A stretch of DNA of 64,000 nucleotides, the filler included, from Perkinsus olseni (Eukaryota): the NCBI GenBank assembly GCA_013115125.1. It is 3 parts of 3 records of this genome, joined end to end, with 100 filler letters (N's around TTAATTAATTAA, not from the genome) between each part and the next. Parts side by side here need not be neighbours in the genome. Positions count along the whole stretch, not along the records: positions 48,615 to 64,000 come from JABANN010000701.1; 2 more parts are not named here. One strand, 5' to 3'. This document shows positions 63,075 to 64,000 of this stretch, piece by piece (the stretch's first letter is position 1; each line of letters starts with the position of its first letter). The notes under the pieces were generated by a model. It worked only from the letters and a program-made list of their open reading frames with translations, made no database searches and was not told the origin of the DNA. A program made the position numbers and the translations under genes.

Positions 63075-63148
63075 GCCCGATTAGTTCAGCTGAATAGAAT
63101 GTCTGCCTACGGAGCAGATGGTCATAGGTTCGAATTCTGCAACGGGTA
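63075..63148 (+). tRNA. trnR: tRNA-Arg (ACG), with some stem mismatches
   Basis: Anticodon arm TCTGC-CTACGGA-GCAGA; GGTTCGAAT; acceptor GCCCGAT/AACGGGT. Confidence 0.7.
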
Positions 63149-63194
63149 GGTTATCAACAAATTACGACGTTGCCATTTGTCAAATGTACGATGA

Positions 63195-63276
63195 CGACAC
63201 CTGAGAGCTTCGAACCCTCTCGGGCATAGCCCAACGGCTTAGCAGGCCGCAGCCTTAACCACTCGGCCAAAGTGTC
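63195..63276 (-). tRNA. trnS: tRNA-Ser (GCT) with long variable arm
   Basis: Minus strand GACACTTTGGCCGAGTGGTTAAGG..GCGGC-CTGCTAA-GCCGT..GGGC-TAT-GCCC..GAGGGTTCGAAGCTCTC. Confidence 0.85.
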
Positions 63277-63567
63277 TACTGTTATTTGTAGTCGACTCAT
63301 CGGAGGTTTCCGACTCAAAAAATACGTTACTCCCTCTACTATGCGGAAATTCGGAGGATGCTTTCGGTGTGGGCCTAAGGACTTGTGGTTCATCGACTGT
63401 GATCAATTGGTCAATTGATCAGGTGATGTATCGCATAATCATTATTTTGAATTTTATGCTGATTGATGATCAATCGATCAATTTATCGGTCAGCGAATGA
63501 TTGATTCCTCAACTCCAATGACGAAAACGTCCAGGCCGGCGAGGAGGTTTACAAACTACTTCTGGGT

Positions 63568-63634
63568 GCCCGATTAGTTCGGCTGGATAGAATGTCTGCC
63601 TACGGAGCAGATGATCGGAATCCTGCCTCGAGTA
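63568..63634 (+). pseudogene. tRNA-Arg(ACG) pseudogene with the T-arm partly deleted
   Basis: Near-identical 5' part to the 63075 copy but lacks GGTTCG. Confidence 0.75.
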
Positions 63635-63679
63635 GGCTATAAGCTCTTGCCGAAGTTGCCATATCCCTCGGATAGACGA

Positions 63680-63761
63680 CGACACCGGAGGAATTCGCAC
63701 CCTCGCGGACATAGCCCAACAGCTTAGCAGGCCGCGGCGTTAACCACTAGGCCAAAGTATC
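63680..63761 (-). pseudogene. tRNA-Ser(GCT) degenerate copy
   Basis: Aligns to 63195-63276 with multiple substitutions, including GGGTGCGAAT in the T-loop. Confidence 0.7.
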
Positions 63762-64000
63762 TTGCATTACCAGCTAGTCAACTCATCGGAGATTTCCGAC
63801 TGAAAGAATGCACTAATCGCTATCAAATAAAGAAACTGCCTCGGCCAGAGCTTGTTGAGTGCTGGTGGGTAATCCCGCTTATTGAGTTAACACGAGACAG
63901 ACTTGGTTAGCCTGATTCTAACTTATAAATTACAATTACAATTACAGTACTAGCGCGAGGCTAGATATCTTAGCGTAGCACAAGGGGGAGCGACTCCATA

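Noticed and set aside
1-64000. Spliced-leader RNA genes or relics, rRNA and snRNA genes
   Set aside because: No CCGTAGCCAT..GGCTCAAG-like leader or rRNA/snRNA signature was recognised by eye. An Infernal search would be needed to exclude them.

Overview
This is eukaryotic, gene-dense DNA with many short (~50 nt) GT-AG introns. Its style suggests a perkinsid alveolate (Perkinsus-like), which is an inference rather than a database match. Two artificial 100-nt N/TTAATTAATTAA linkers (24277-24376 and 48515-48614) join separate contigs. Recognisable genes are two DUF1624/HGSNAT-like membrane proteins, TruD/Pus7, an ankyrin protein, XRN2, VPS20/CHMP6, PWP1, three tandem CAP/SCP secreted proteins, importin alpha, an SLC35A nucleotide-sugar transporter, a BRCT-like protein, a carotenoid cleavage oxygenase, CPPED1, a WDR44-like protein, MTFP1 and adenylate kinase. 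RNA genes are tRNA-Gln and a duplicated tRNA-Arg/tRNA-Ser cassette. The most striking object is a 1.48-kb element (46386-47869) encoding only a DIRS-type tyrosine recombinase. It has very short split direct repeats (A1-ORF-B1A2-B2), and its internal end-junction copy is largely looped out as a 21-nt bulge in a ~110-nt hairpin. Also notable are dispersed tRNA-derived A/B-box modules just upstream of start codons or inside long introns, and several fold-back elements. Exon boundaries were traced by eye and are approximate.
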